Source: a virus
Reading direction: 5' to 3' (one strand)
IMG/VR virus record: IMGVR_UViG_3300021373_000005
Length of the DNA: 64,000 bases
Position numbers and translations under genes: made by a program. The notes below the pieces were generated by a model. It made no database searches and was not told the origin of the DNA. It worked only from the letters and a program-made list of their open reading frames with translations. Numbering within the stretch: position 1 is the first letter of the stretch; each line of letters starts with the position of its first letter. Below, piece by piece: positions 1-12,300 of the stretch.

Positions 1-3000
1 AAAATCTACATTAAACAAGATGTCAGTGGAGTAGAATCCATTGTTGAGTTTAGTGCCGATCCAAATGACTTACTTACGTTAATTAAAACAGTTGACGGAA
101 CAGGCTCAGGTCTTGATGCTGACTTATTGGATGGTTTAGATTCAACACAATATTTAAGATCTGATGTTGATGATACTTTTGCAGCGAACCTAACAATTAC
201 AGGTAACCTTACTGTATCAGGAAATACTACATATGTCAATACGGAAACAATTCAGTTATCCGATAATATTATTACTCTTAATGCTAACCATACAGGTTCA
301 GCAACTCAAGATGCTGGTCTCGAAGTTGAAAGAGGTTCAGATACAAATGTAGTTCTACAATGGAATGAAGCAAACGATTATTGGGAAATTGCTTCGGGTG
401 GAACAATTGGAAGAATCATTACCACTGGTGATGAAGGCGCAGGGAATGGATTTGACGCCGACTTGTTGGACGGACAAGAAGGTACGTATTACGTAGATTT
501 TACAAATGCGACCAATAAACCCGACCCAACAATAGATGTAAACCTAACAGGGAAGACAACAGGGTCAGGGACGACCACTTTAACGGATCTTGGTAATGGA
601 ACAATTAACATTACTACAGAACTTGCGAATACTGCTGTCACTGCAGGTTCATACGGTTCTGCTTCTCAAATTCCAACATTTACTGTTGATGAAGATGGTC
701 GATTAACTGCAGCACAGAATGTTGCTGTCGCAGGTGTATCTGATACTGATTGGTACATCGCAAATAATACATTCCAAATTTCTACTGTTGATGGCAGTGT
801 ATTTAATACAGTCATTGATGAATTTACAGGTTTAACAGTCACAGGTGATATAGTAGTCACAGGTACAGTTGATGGCCGGGATATATTAGCAGACGGACAA
901 AAGCTTGACACAATTGAAACAGGCGCTCGTAACCTTTCAAATACTGAAATCCTTAATATCGTATTAACTAATGATGGAGAAAATTCAACATTAGATGCTG
1001 ATTTGCTTGATGGAGCAAATAGTGATTTCTATCTCGACTTTACAAATGCAACAAACAAACCTGACCCAACAATTACTTTATCAGGAGATGTCACAGGTTC
1101 AGTTACTTTAACTGATTTAGCAGATGGAACAATCACAACAGACATTGCTGCTTCAGGAGTTACTGCTGCTCAATATGGTGGTGCAACAGAAATTCCTATC
1201 ATTACAATCGCAGCCGACGGTCGTATCACTGCAGCTGCTACTGCTTCGGTCGCAGGTATTAGTTCAACAGCTTGGTTAACAGCAAATAATACTTATCAGA
1301 TTATTACAGGTGATGGTTCTCAATACGACGCTAATATTTCTCAGTTTGATGCAAATGTTGATTTCGGTGCAGGTATTGATATTACTGGTGATATCACAGT
1401 CACAGGTAATGTTGACGGACGAGACGTTTCGGTTGATGGTGCTAAACTTGATGGTATAGAGGCAGGAGCAACCGCCGACCAAACAGCAGCCGAAATATTA
1501 ACAGCAATTAAAACAGTAGACGGTTCAGGTTCAGGTCTTGATGCTGATACTCTTGATGGAATTGATAGTACAGGATTCATTCAAACCGGTACTGCGTTAG
1601 ATGCAGATACTCTTGATGGTCAAGATGGAACTTACTATCTCGATTTTACAAACTTTACAAATTTACCAGACCCAGATATTGATGTAACACTGACTGGTAA
1701 GGTCACTGGTACAGGTTCTACAACACTTACAGACCTAGGTAATGGTTCTATAAGTATAACAACCGCTCTTGAAGATACAGGAGTTACAGCGGCTCAGTAT
1801 GGTTCAGCAACAGCAATTCCTGTTATAACTGTTGACGATGATGGTCGTATTACTGCTGCAAGTACAGCTGCTATTAAAGGTATTGAATCTCTTACTTGGC
1901 ACAACGCAAATACAACATTAAATTTAGAAGCAGGAGATGGTACTCACTTCCTTGCGAATATACATGAATTTGGTGAACTTGATATTACTGGTGATATCAC
2001 AATCTCAGGAACTGTTGATGGACGTGATGTTTCAGCAGACGGTACTAAACTTGACGGTATTGAAGCAGGTGCTACTGCTGACCAAACTGCTTCCGAAATA
2101 TTAACAGCAATTAAGACAGTTGATGGAACAGGTTCTGGGTTAGATGCTGATTTACTTGATGGTCAACACGCTGCTGATATTATTGCTACCGCCCAATCAC
2201 AAGCAGCCGCAAATGTACATGACGCAACGATTACTATTGATGCGGGAGATGCAATTGATGGTGGTGGAACATTTACAGTTAACCAACTTGCTAACTCTAC
2301 AATTACAATACATCACGCAGATACAAGTTCACAAGCAAGTGTATTAGGAAGTGGCGGTCAAGTAATTCAAGATGTTGTACTTGATACTTATGGTCACGTT
2401 ACAGGTCTTGACCAAGTTGATTTTGACAATCGTTATTATACACAAGCATTACTTGATGCAGGTCAACTTGATAACAGATATTATACTGAAGTCGAACTTG
2501 ATGCAGGTCAACTTGATAACAGATATTATACAGAAACAGAATTAGATAACGGGCAGCTTGATAACAGATATTATACTGAAGCTGAACTCGATGCAGGTCA
2601 ATTAGATAATCGTTATTATACAGAAACCGAAACCGAAACATTATTCCTTAAAGCGGCTGATAGGTCAGTTACTGGTGCAGACGGTGTTACGGGTGGTGGA
2701 CCATTAACCGCTAACGTTGTTCTTACTCACGCTGATACATCAGACGTTGCGAATACAGGCGTTCTTGATTTACCTAACGCTGAAGTTATCGAGAGTATGA
2801 ACTTTGATAAGTTCGGTCACGTCGTAGGATACACAACAAATAACCTCGCAGTATTAACACAAAACATTGCTGATGCAAGATATGTAAATGTGACTGGCGA
2901 TACAATGACTGGAAACTTATTTGTTCCAACCATGACAGCCACAGGAAATATTAACGTTGATGGTAATCTTAATTTAGAGCACGCAAGAATTACAAGTAAA

Positions 3001-3297
3001 GAAATAACTACAACGTCAACATCAGCAGCAACTTTAGACTCAAACATACAAGGATTCTTTAAAAGTATTGAATATATCATTACAGCAAAGTCCGGGTCAA
3101 ATGTTGATGTGACAAAGATTTTAGCAGTTGATGATGGAAGCAATATATACGCAACAGAGTTTGCTCGTATTGCACCAAATGGAGAACTTGCTACGTATGA
3201 AGTCGATACGAACTTTGGATTCTCAAGACTACAATGTACTCCATCTTCTGCTACGAGCACAGTATTTACAGTTATTATAACAGGTACTGAGTCTTAA
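1..3297 (+). CDS. Repeat-rich tail fibre / virion structural protein, 5'-truncated
   Basis: Frame 1 is open from base 1 (KIYIKQDVSG...), so the ORF-track start at 127 is internal. Thr/Gly/Asp-rich, with repeated GLDAD(L/T)LDG motifs and three internal ~190-aa modules, as in trimeric phage fibres. Confidence 0.75.
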   Translation, partial: KIYIKQDVSGVESIVEFSADPNDLLTLIKTVDGTGSGLDADLLDGLDSTQYLRSDVDDTFAANLTITGNLTVSGNTTYVNTETIQLSDNIITLNANHTGSATQDAGLEVERGSDTNVVLQWNEANDYWEIASGGTIGRIITTGDEGAGNGFDADLLDGQEGTYYVDFTNATNKPDPTIDVNLTGKTTGSGTTTLTDLGNGTINITTELANTAVTAGSYGSASQIPTFTVDEDGRLTAAQNVAVAGVSDTDWYIANNTFQISTVDGSVFNTVIDEFTGLTVTGDIVVTGTVDGRDILADGQKLDTIETGARNLSNTEILNIVLTNDGENSTLDADLLDGANSDFYLDFTNATNKPDPTITLSGDVTGSVTLTDLADGTITTDIAASGVTAAQYGGATEIPIITIAADGRITAAATASVAGISSTAWLTANNTYQIITGDGSQYDANISQFDANVDFGAGIDITGDITVTGNVDGRDVSVDGAKLDGIEAGATADQTAAEILTAIKTVDGSGSGLDADTLDGIDSTGFIQTGTALDADTLDGQDGTYYLDFTNFTNLPDPDIDVTLTGKVTGTGSTTLTDLGNGSISITTALEDTGVTAAQYGSATAIPVITVDDDGRITAASTAAIKGIESLTWHNANTTLNLEAGDGTHFLANIHEFGELDITGDITISGTVDGRDVSADGTKLDGIEAGATADQTASEILTAIKTVDGTGSGLDADLLDGQHAADIIATAQSQAAANVHDATITIDAGDAIDGGGTFTVNQLANSTITIHHADTSSQASVLGSGGQVIQDVVLDTYGHVTGLDQVDFDNRYYTQALLDAGQLDNRYYTEVELDAGQLDNRYYTETELDNGQLDNRYYTEAELDAGQLDNRYYTETETETLFLKAADRSVTGADGVTGGGPLTANVVLTHADTSDVANTGVLDLPNAEVIESMNFDKFGHVVGYTTNNLAVLTQNIADARYVNVTGDTMTGNLFVPTMTATGNINVDGNLNLEHARITSKEITTTSTSAATLDSNIQGFFKSIEYIITAKSGSNVDVTKILAVDDGSNIYATEFARIAPNGELATYEVDTNFGFSRLQCTPSSATSTVFTVIITGTES
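2425..2628 (+). repeat. Five in-frame 45-bp tandem repeats encoding DNRYYT(E/Q)xxLDxGQL
   Basis: DNRYYT starts at 2425 and at 2605 (4 x 45 bp apart), with copies in between; differences are mostly synonymous or at the variable residues. Confidence 0.95.
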
Positions 3298-3358
3298 CAT
3301 AATAAATAAAGGTATACATTGAACAATTTAAACCGCCTATCTGGGGAGAGTGAACCGA

Positions 3359-6300
3359 ATGGCAAATGATAAGAAATTTATAGTCAAGAATGGTCTCTTG
3401 ACACCGGAAAATGCTGTCATCGGCAGCAATACGGATACTGGTGAAAAACTCCAGGTCACCGGTGACACAGTCCTAACCCAAGGTACGCAAGGTACTCCGA
3501 CTTTAAAAGTTACTAATTCAGGTGGAGCTTCCGCTTCTACAATCGTTGCCCAATTTGAAGGTGATTCTGATTCACTCCAGATTCGCAATATTGGGACAGG
3601 CGATTATTCAATCACAAATCCTCAGCAAGGAAATAGTATTGAATTTTATGACGGTACCGCAGGTATTGTTATTAAATATGCAGGCTCAAATAAATTAGCA
3701 TTCACAAGTACAGGAACTGATTTTACAGGTCTTTCTAATACAACGATTGAAGGTAATCGTATTCTTACAACTGCAGATGAAGGTGCAGGTAATGGATTAG
3801 ATGCTGATACAGTTGATGGATTACAAGCAAGTCAATTCTTAAGATCCGATGTTGATGATACTGCCGCAGGTAATATAAACTTTTCACAAGATATTGATGT
3901 CGCAGGTTCTGCTCAAGTTGATGTTAACTTAACAGTTGATGGTCAAGCAGTTATTAAAGCTTTACTTGATGCACAAGCAAATGCTCAAGTCGCTGGTAAT
4001 TTAACGGTTAGTGGAGATCTTTTAGTTTCAGGTAATACGACAACTGTTAATACCGAAGAAATTCTACTTGCTGATAATATTATTACTCTTAATAGTAATT
4101 ACACAGGCTCAACTCCATCAGAAGATAGCGGTATTGAAATTGAGCGTGGTACATTAGCAAATCCAAAACTTGTTTGGAATGAATCTCAGGACTATTGGGA
4201 ACTACAAGTTAATGGTTCAGTACTTGGTCGAATTATTACAACAGCAGATGAAGGTTCAGGAAATGGATTTGATGCTGATACTGTTGACGGTTTAGAGGCA
4301 GAGCAATTCTTACGTAGTGATGCTGATGATACTGCTACAGGTAATATTACAATTGAAGGTGATCTTACAATTGGAGATGATTCAGGTCCTGCTCAAATTA
4401 TCTTTGACGGTAATGGAGTTAATCGTACTTTATATTCAGCAACAGGTGAAATTGGATTTTTAAACAATGCTGCTAACTGGGCGGCAAGATCTAATGCAAA
4501 TGGTGATTGGATTGTTGAACGAGATGTTTCAGCAGGTAGAGATGTAATTGCTACGAATGATGTTACAGCAACAAGTGGTGATGTAACTGCTGGTGATAGT
4601 ATTACAGCACAAAATAATATTACAGCAACGACAGGTAATATTGCTGCTTCAGCAGGAAGTGTAACAGCACAAACAAACGTAACAGCAGTTACAGGTAATG
4701 TTTCAGCAACAGCTGGTGACGTAACTGCAGGTGATGATGTCATTGCACAAAATGATGTCACAGCAACAACTGGTGATGTTTCGGCCACAGCAGGTAATGT
4801 AACTGCTGGCGACAGCATGACAGCTCAAAATGATATTACAGCTACAACGGGTGATATTACAGCTTCTGCTGGTGACGTCCAAGCAACAGTAGGAAATGTT
4901 AGAGCTGGTGAAGATGTATACGGTAAGAAATTTATCGATGTCAACGATGGAACCTATATTGTAAATCCAAATTCAAGCTCAACAATGCATGAAATTGGAA
5001 TTGATGATAATCTTTTCCATAACGGCGATACAGATACAAGATTAAGATTTGAAACTGACAATATACAATTAAGAACAGGCGGTTCCGATAGATTAGATAT
5101 TAATAATTCAAGAGTCCAATCTAACCTCGACATATATGCACCCAATGTTCGTATAAATGATTCACTTATTCATAACGGTGATACAGATACAAAAATTACT
5201 TTTGCTACTGACACTGTAGATATTGACACAGGCGGTTCAACAAGATTAACCGCGAATAACTCAGGAGTCACAATTGAAGGTGATCTTGATGTTAATGGAG
5301 ATATTACAGCAGTTAATGGTACATTCACAGGTGACCTTGCTGCTTCAAGATTTTTAGATGCTGATAACAATAACTATTATGCGGACCCTAACTCAACATC
5401 AGTAATGAATCGTATCGGCATTGACGATTACATTCAACATAACGGCGATACAAATACTTACTTTGGATTTAATGCTAACGATAATATTCAATTCTTTACT
5501 GATGCAACACAAAGAGTTGAAATCAATGGCACAAACTTTACAAGTACCGTTGATGGTATATTCCCTAATTTATATGCAGGAAGATATTACGATTTAAATA
5601 ACGCAACTTATTATTTAGACCCAGCAAGTAATTCAAGACTGAATGGTATTGCTCTTGTCGGAACAATTTACCACGACGGTGATACTGATACATATTTAAA
5701 CTTTAACGGTGCAAATAGTTTTGAAGTTGTCACAGGAAACGCTCAAAGATTATTAGTTAACAATACTTATGTGTTAGCAAATAACCAAATGCGTTCACCT
5801 ATTTACTACGATAACAATAATACAAATTATTATGGTAACTTTGCTTCTACATCGCAAATGTCTCAAATTGACATTGATTCGTATATTCGTCATCGCGGTG
5901 ATACAAATACTTATCTTGGATTTGATGCAAATGATAGTATTACATTCGTAACGGGTGGTGCTGAAAGAGTTAATATTACCGATGCAAATACAACATTCTT
6001 CCAACCTGTTATTGTTCAAGGTGATATTCAAGCAGACAGATTTGTTGATAGACAAAACACAGGTTATTATTTAAACCCTGCTGATACATCCATAGCTGCT
6101 ACATTAAACGGTAGAGTATTAATCGGTAATGTAACTGATTCCGCAAGATGGGATGATAATTCAGGAAACGGTGGTATTTCATTAATGCCACATGGTTCAT
6201 ATGCAGGAACACAAAATACTACAGTAGGAATTAGTGGTAACGTTTCTGGTGGTTATTCATTAATGTATTTGAATCTTATTGATTCTTCTTCTAACCCAAC

Positions 6301-9300
6301 AGGAAACGGTCAAAGATATATTCATTTCTATCATGATGGAACAGACGGTGGTTCTATTCGTGGTGATAGTTCAGGTAACTTATATCAAGTATTAAAGTCA
6401 GGAACCAATTGGGGATTCTGGACATCAGGATTTAGTGAAGCATTAATTGTTGATGATAGTGGTAATGTAATGGTTGCTTCCGGTACTTCACCTACTTATA
6501 CAGACGGTGGTGATAATACGGCTCTTACCACAACTCCTTCGACACCTAAACTACATGTTGGCGGTTCAATTTATCTAAATGGAAATAACGACGGTATTAT
6601 CTTTGGTCGTGGTACAGCATCCTTCCTGAAAGACGAAGAACTTGCCTTTGGTTGGGGTGGCGGTTGGTATATGCAAGATGGCACATACCTAAGAGTCAGA
6701 AATAATAAAACAATTTATTCTACAGGTGATGCTCACCTTAACAGATATTATGCATATCAGAATACAGCTTATTACCTTGACCCAGATGGTGACTCACAAT
6801 TAAATACAGTTGACATTGATGATTACATTCGTCATCGTGGTGATACAAATACTTTAATTGGTTTCTCAGGTAATGATACATTACTTTTCCAAACAAATGG
6901 TGTTAATCGTTTACAAATTAATAACGGTGCATTTAGGTCAAGAAATAATACAGTACAATTCTACTCAAGTGGAATTGAAATACAAAAACAAAGTAATGGC
7001 GGTGGTGTAGGACTTACAGTATCAGACCAAAACAGTGGAGAGCAACCAGGATTAAGTGGATTACAGCAAGGTTCTATTACATTCTGGCATGCTGATGGAG
7101 CTGTCACAACAGGCTCTAATGCCGCTTGGTATTTTAATTCTTCCGAAGCAATTACTCATTACGTATTTGGAACAAACAGCGGAGCAGCTGGTGGTAATCT
7201 TGTCCCAGTCGTTAACAACTCTGGTAGTTTAGGTAATTCAAGTTATCGTTGGGGTTCAATATACGCAGGAACAGGTGATTTCTCAGGTAATGTAACTGGT
7301 AATAATGCTTACTTCTATCGTTACTATGATAGGAATGATTCCACATATTACGCTGACCCAGCAAGTACTTCTTATCAACAGTTTATGAATATTAATGTTG
7401 GTAACGAAAACACAGGCGGTGCAAACTCAAGTACTAACGGATTGATGATGAGAGGTAATTACAATAGTAATACCTGGGCTCATAAATTCCATAAGTTTGA
7501 CCACGGTGGCGGAGTACCGATTTACTTATCAGAAACAATTGGTACAGCTGCTTGGAATCCAGTACAAAGATGGGGAACATATACAGGAAATGGATTTAAG
7601 TCGCAAATATTTGGTACTCTAAAAGTTGATACAAATATTCATACACCAATATTGTATGATTCAGATAACTCTGGATATTATGTAGATCCTGCCGGATCAT
7701 CAAGAATGAATACAATTACTCTTGATGGCAATGCAGTTGTATTAAGAGAACCTACAGGAACATTTGGTTCACTTGCTATTGATGGCGGCGGAAGAAATGG
7801 TTGGGAAGGATTCTCAATCGGTGACCGCATGGTATTCATGCATGATAATGCAAATAGAGTAGGTGTTTACAATGATGTAGAAAATGAATGGATTTGGTAC
7901 GCAGATAGAAATGCTCAGATGCGATTAATGTATAATGGCGCTGAACAAGCAAGAACAGAAAACGGATACTTCCTAGCACCTAACCAAATGCGTGCACCTA
8001 TTTACTACGATTCAAATAATACAGGCTATTACGTAGATGGTAATAATACGTCAAGATTCAATGCAGTTCAAGCATTAAGATATTACTTTAACCACGCAAC
8101 TACATACTACGCTGATGCAGCATCAGGTGATTATGGTTCAATGGAAGTTGGTGGTCAAAAGAATGGTTGGGCTGGTTATTCTATCGCAGGTCAATGGGTC
8201 TTAATGTCTCCAGGTGTTGACCGTGTTGGTATATACAATGATACTGATAACAAATGGCAGCAGCAGTGGTATAGAAACGCTGGTACATTGATGTACTATA
8301 ATGCTGTAGTCCAGGCAGAAACAAGAAGCGGTTACTTCCTCGCAAATAACCAAATGCGAGCACCAATCTATTATGATTCAAATGATTCAACATATTACTT
8401 AAACCCAGCAGCAGGTAATACAAACCGTGCATTAATGATTAACGGTAGAATATACCGTCAAGGTTTTGCTGGTGGTGATGGAAATAATAACAAACTATTA
8501 GAAACTCAAGACTATTCACATTGGATTTGGAACACTGCTACTGATTGGGGTATTTTCTGGGCAGGTAATGATAATCCATATCGTTCACACTTCAGTACAT
8601 CTAATCCTAATGAAATTGTATTCATAGGTAATGGAAACTTAAGAGCAAGTATTGACCTTGATAATGGTAATGCTCACTTTGTTGGTACTGTATCTGCTGG
8701 TAGTTTTGCACTTAATGGTGGAAATGAAAATATTGAAATTATTAAGTCATACGGTTCAGGTGGAGCTGACTTAGTACTATTTGATGGAACAGAATATTTT
8801 GATAAGCGTGTCATTAAAGCAATGGCACCTAACGAAAGTCCACTTACTACAACTACTTCAGAATATGTAAGAACAACAGACGGTCCTTTCGCAGGTTCTT
8901 ATGTATTACAAACATCTTCTTATAGAACATTCTATTCAGATTACATTCCTGTTGCTCCTGGTGAAGAATTATACGGTGAAATTTCTGTTAAGCGTATTTC
9001 AGGTTCAGGCGGTTTGGTTTATTATGGTATTGAAAGATTTGATAGTCAGAAGAGACCTATTGCTGGAAACACAGGTACAACATACTTCGTTGTAGGTGGA
9101 GCAAACTATACAGGTACATCTTGGAATACATATAGAAACCATACAACAATTCCAACATCTCATACTCCATATAATGGGTCTGACGGCGGAGGTGTTTATT
9201 ATGTAAGAATTCGTATCTTAATGAACTACAACTCTGGTGGTGCTTTAAGACAGTTTGCCGGAATCATGCTCAAACGTCGTAATGCTGAATCTAATTTATT

Positions 9301-12300
9301 AGTTGATGATTTACAAGTACTTGATGATGTGACAATCGGCGGAGATGCAACCATAACAGGTGACTTAACTGTCGATGATATTACGGCTGACGTTATTGAT
9401 GCAAGAAGATTTAGAGATAGAGATAATACTGGATATTATATCGACCCTAAAGATGGAAGTAATGTTGTAGGATCTTGGAACTGGAATAACGGTTCAATTG
9501 AAAATCTAAACAACCTTTCATTCAATGACCCAGGCCCTCAAGAAGGTATTCGTTGGAAAGGTGGTAATGAATGGAAGATTTATGAATCACCAGATAACTT
9601 AAGTTCTAACTCAGGCGGTAATTTACAATTCACATCAGGTAATGGCGCAGGTACTTATCAGATGAGATTGAATACGAGCGGTCGAATGGACGTTCGTGGG
9701 CAAATCAGAACACCTATTGTATATGACTTAAACGATACAGCCTGGTATGTAGATCCTCACTCAGGTTCAAGGTTCAAAGATTTAGAAATACAAGATACAA
9801 GAAGTTCAGATATCTTAACAGTATATAGAACAGGTTCAGCGCCAGGAAACTATACTGCAGCAAGGACAATTAACCAATACGGTAATCACTCTTGGGGTAT
9901 TGTTCATGAATTCAGAATTGGTGATAGGAGCTCACAAAGTGTACCTAGTGGTACTGACCGACCTTCTATTTTATTCTCAACTGGATATAATACAACAACT
10001 TGGTCAGTTGGTTTCGGTTATGTAGATAACGATTTTAGAATCAAACAAAATCACGGTCATATAAATCAATCTTGGGGTACTGAGAGATTTAGAATTAATA
10101 CAAGCGGTGAAGTATTCATTGGAAATAGCTTATGGGGTGCTAACGCATACTTCAACCGTTATTATGACAGAAACAATACTGGATATTATGCTGACCCAGC
10201 AAGTACATCTGTATTTAACGCAATGGTATTTAATGGCGACGTTGATTTCAACGGTGGTGCTAATGCGATTAATATTACAAGTTCTGATATTCGTTCAGAC
10301 GGTAATTCAACTTGGACAGGAAACCCAGGTGCAGGTGTAGGTAAGATTCAAATGCACTCTAACCGTTGGTACATTGTATCTAACGGAAACTCAAATAGAA
10401 TTGTTCAGTTTAGACAAAATGGTTCTGATAGGTCTTATATTGCGAATGATGGTAGATTAATCGGTGTTGGTGGTACAGCTTCTCAGGATTTCAGAGCTCC
10501 AATCTTCTACGATACAAATGATACTAGTTATTATGCAAACCCAGCAAGTGATTCAAGATTTAGTACATTAACACTTCGTGGTAATAGATTAGGATTTGTT
10601 AATACAGCGTTTGATGCAGAGATACGAGTAACTGATAATAACCCAGACGGTACAGGTGCAACATTTGTATTCTGGGGTGACCAAGTAGAATATAATGCTG
10701 AAGTAGCAACCGAAGTATTCAGAGCAACACGACATATGCGTGCTCCTGTATATTATGATTTAAATAATGCTTCATACTACGGTGACTTTGGTGGTACATC
10801 TTACATGAACGATGTAAGAGCTAATATTGTTTACGATAGAAACAACACTGCTTACTATGTACATAATTCGAGCGGTGATGCTCGAATGAGAAATGTTAGA
10901 ACAAATAACATTCAAGTTGAAAACGGCGCAACAATCACATCTGTAAATAATAATGGTAGAATTTATCTTGGTGGTAATTTACATATTGATGCTCAAAATG
11001 GTTTAGACATTTATATGAACTATTACTCGGGTAGAAGGTTCAGATCTTTCTCACCTGGTCAATACGAATCATTCAGAGTTGATACTGACCGTATTACATA
11101 CGCATTTGCTCAATTCAGAACTCCATTAATTTACGATTATAATAATACTGGTTACTATCTTGATATGAATAACAACTCAAGGTTTAACGACCTTATGTTG
11201 AGAGGATTATACGTAACCACGCGTTATCATTCAGGTTCTGACTTTGTTAATGGTACTCTTGTAAGAACAAGTATTCCTGCGACCGCAACTAACGGAGCTT
11301 CATTCGTACTTGAAGCAACAGGTAAATCTTATTCAGGTGATCCACCGTTTATGTTTACCGCACAAGGTTACTTATATGCTAATACTATTATTAATCATTC
11401 TGGTCAACATATTGGTAAGGCCGGATTTAGTACAATGCGTATATTTGAAAACGGTGGAGTATTATGTTTCTGGTGGCCTCGCGTATCTTATTGGAACTCC
11501 TTCTCTGTTCATGTAAGAAATGCAAACGGTGATGATAGAAACTTAGTCACAAGCGTTTCAAATTCATCTTTACCAGGATACTCGAAAGGTGTGACAACAA
11601 CAATGCGTACTACCGCAATGTACAATGTTAACATTGGTACAGGTGATATGTATGCACAACGTTACTACGATAGCAACAATACATTCTATTACGGAGACTT
11701 TGCCTCTAGTTCTAGGATGAACGAAGTAAACATTTACGGAAGTTTAAGAAATCAAGGTGGAACTCCGCATTACTTCTATACAGGTGCTGGAAACTTAAGA
11801 GGTTATATACGAGCCACAGATTCTAATGATTCTCACTTTGAATTTGCTACATCAGGTGGAGAGGACTTCATCTTCCGTGATGGTGGATTTGGAGGTTCTT
11901 GGAATCAGATTATTAGAGGTAATGGTCATGTATTAGTAGCATCAAGATTTGATACTCCTATTATGTATGATAGGAATAATACAGGTTATTATTCTGACCC
12001 AGCAAGTACTTCGCGTTTCAACACAATGCGAACAAACAGAATTTATCCTGCTTATGATAACGCAGGAGATATGTATTTAGATTGGCCTTCAGGTAATTAC
12101 GGTTCAATCCAAACAAACGGTGGCGGTAAAGGCGGCTGGGAAGGTTATTCAATCAATGGTCGTTATGTATTCATGTCGTCAAATAACAACGAATGTGGTA
12201 TTTACAACGACATTGATAATGAATGGATGACAATCTGGCGTCGTAACGGCAGAACTGAAATATTCCATAACGGTACTTGGGAAGAATACGCTCAGCCCGG

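Noticed and set aside
2425-2628. CRISPR array
   Set aside because: The units are contiguous in-frame coding repeats with no unique spacers, and no cas operon is present. The Cas4-like gene at 55575 is a common stand-alone phage exonuclease.
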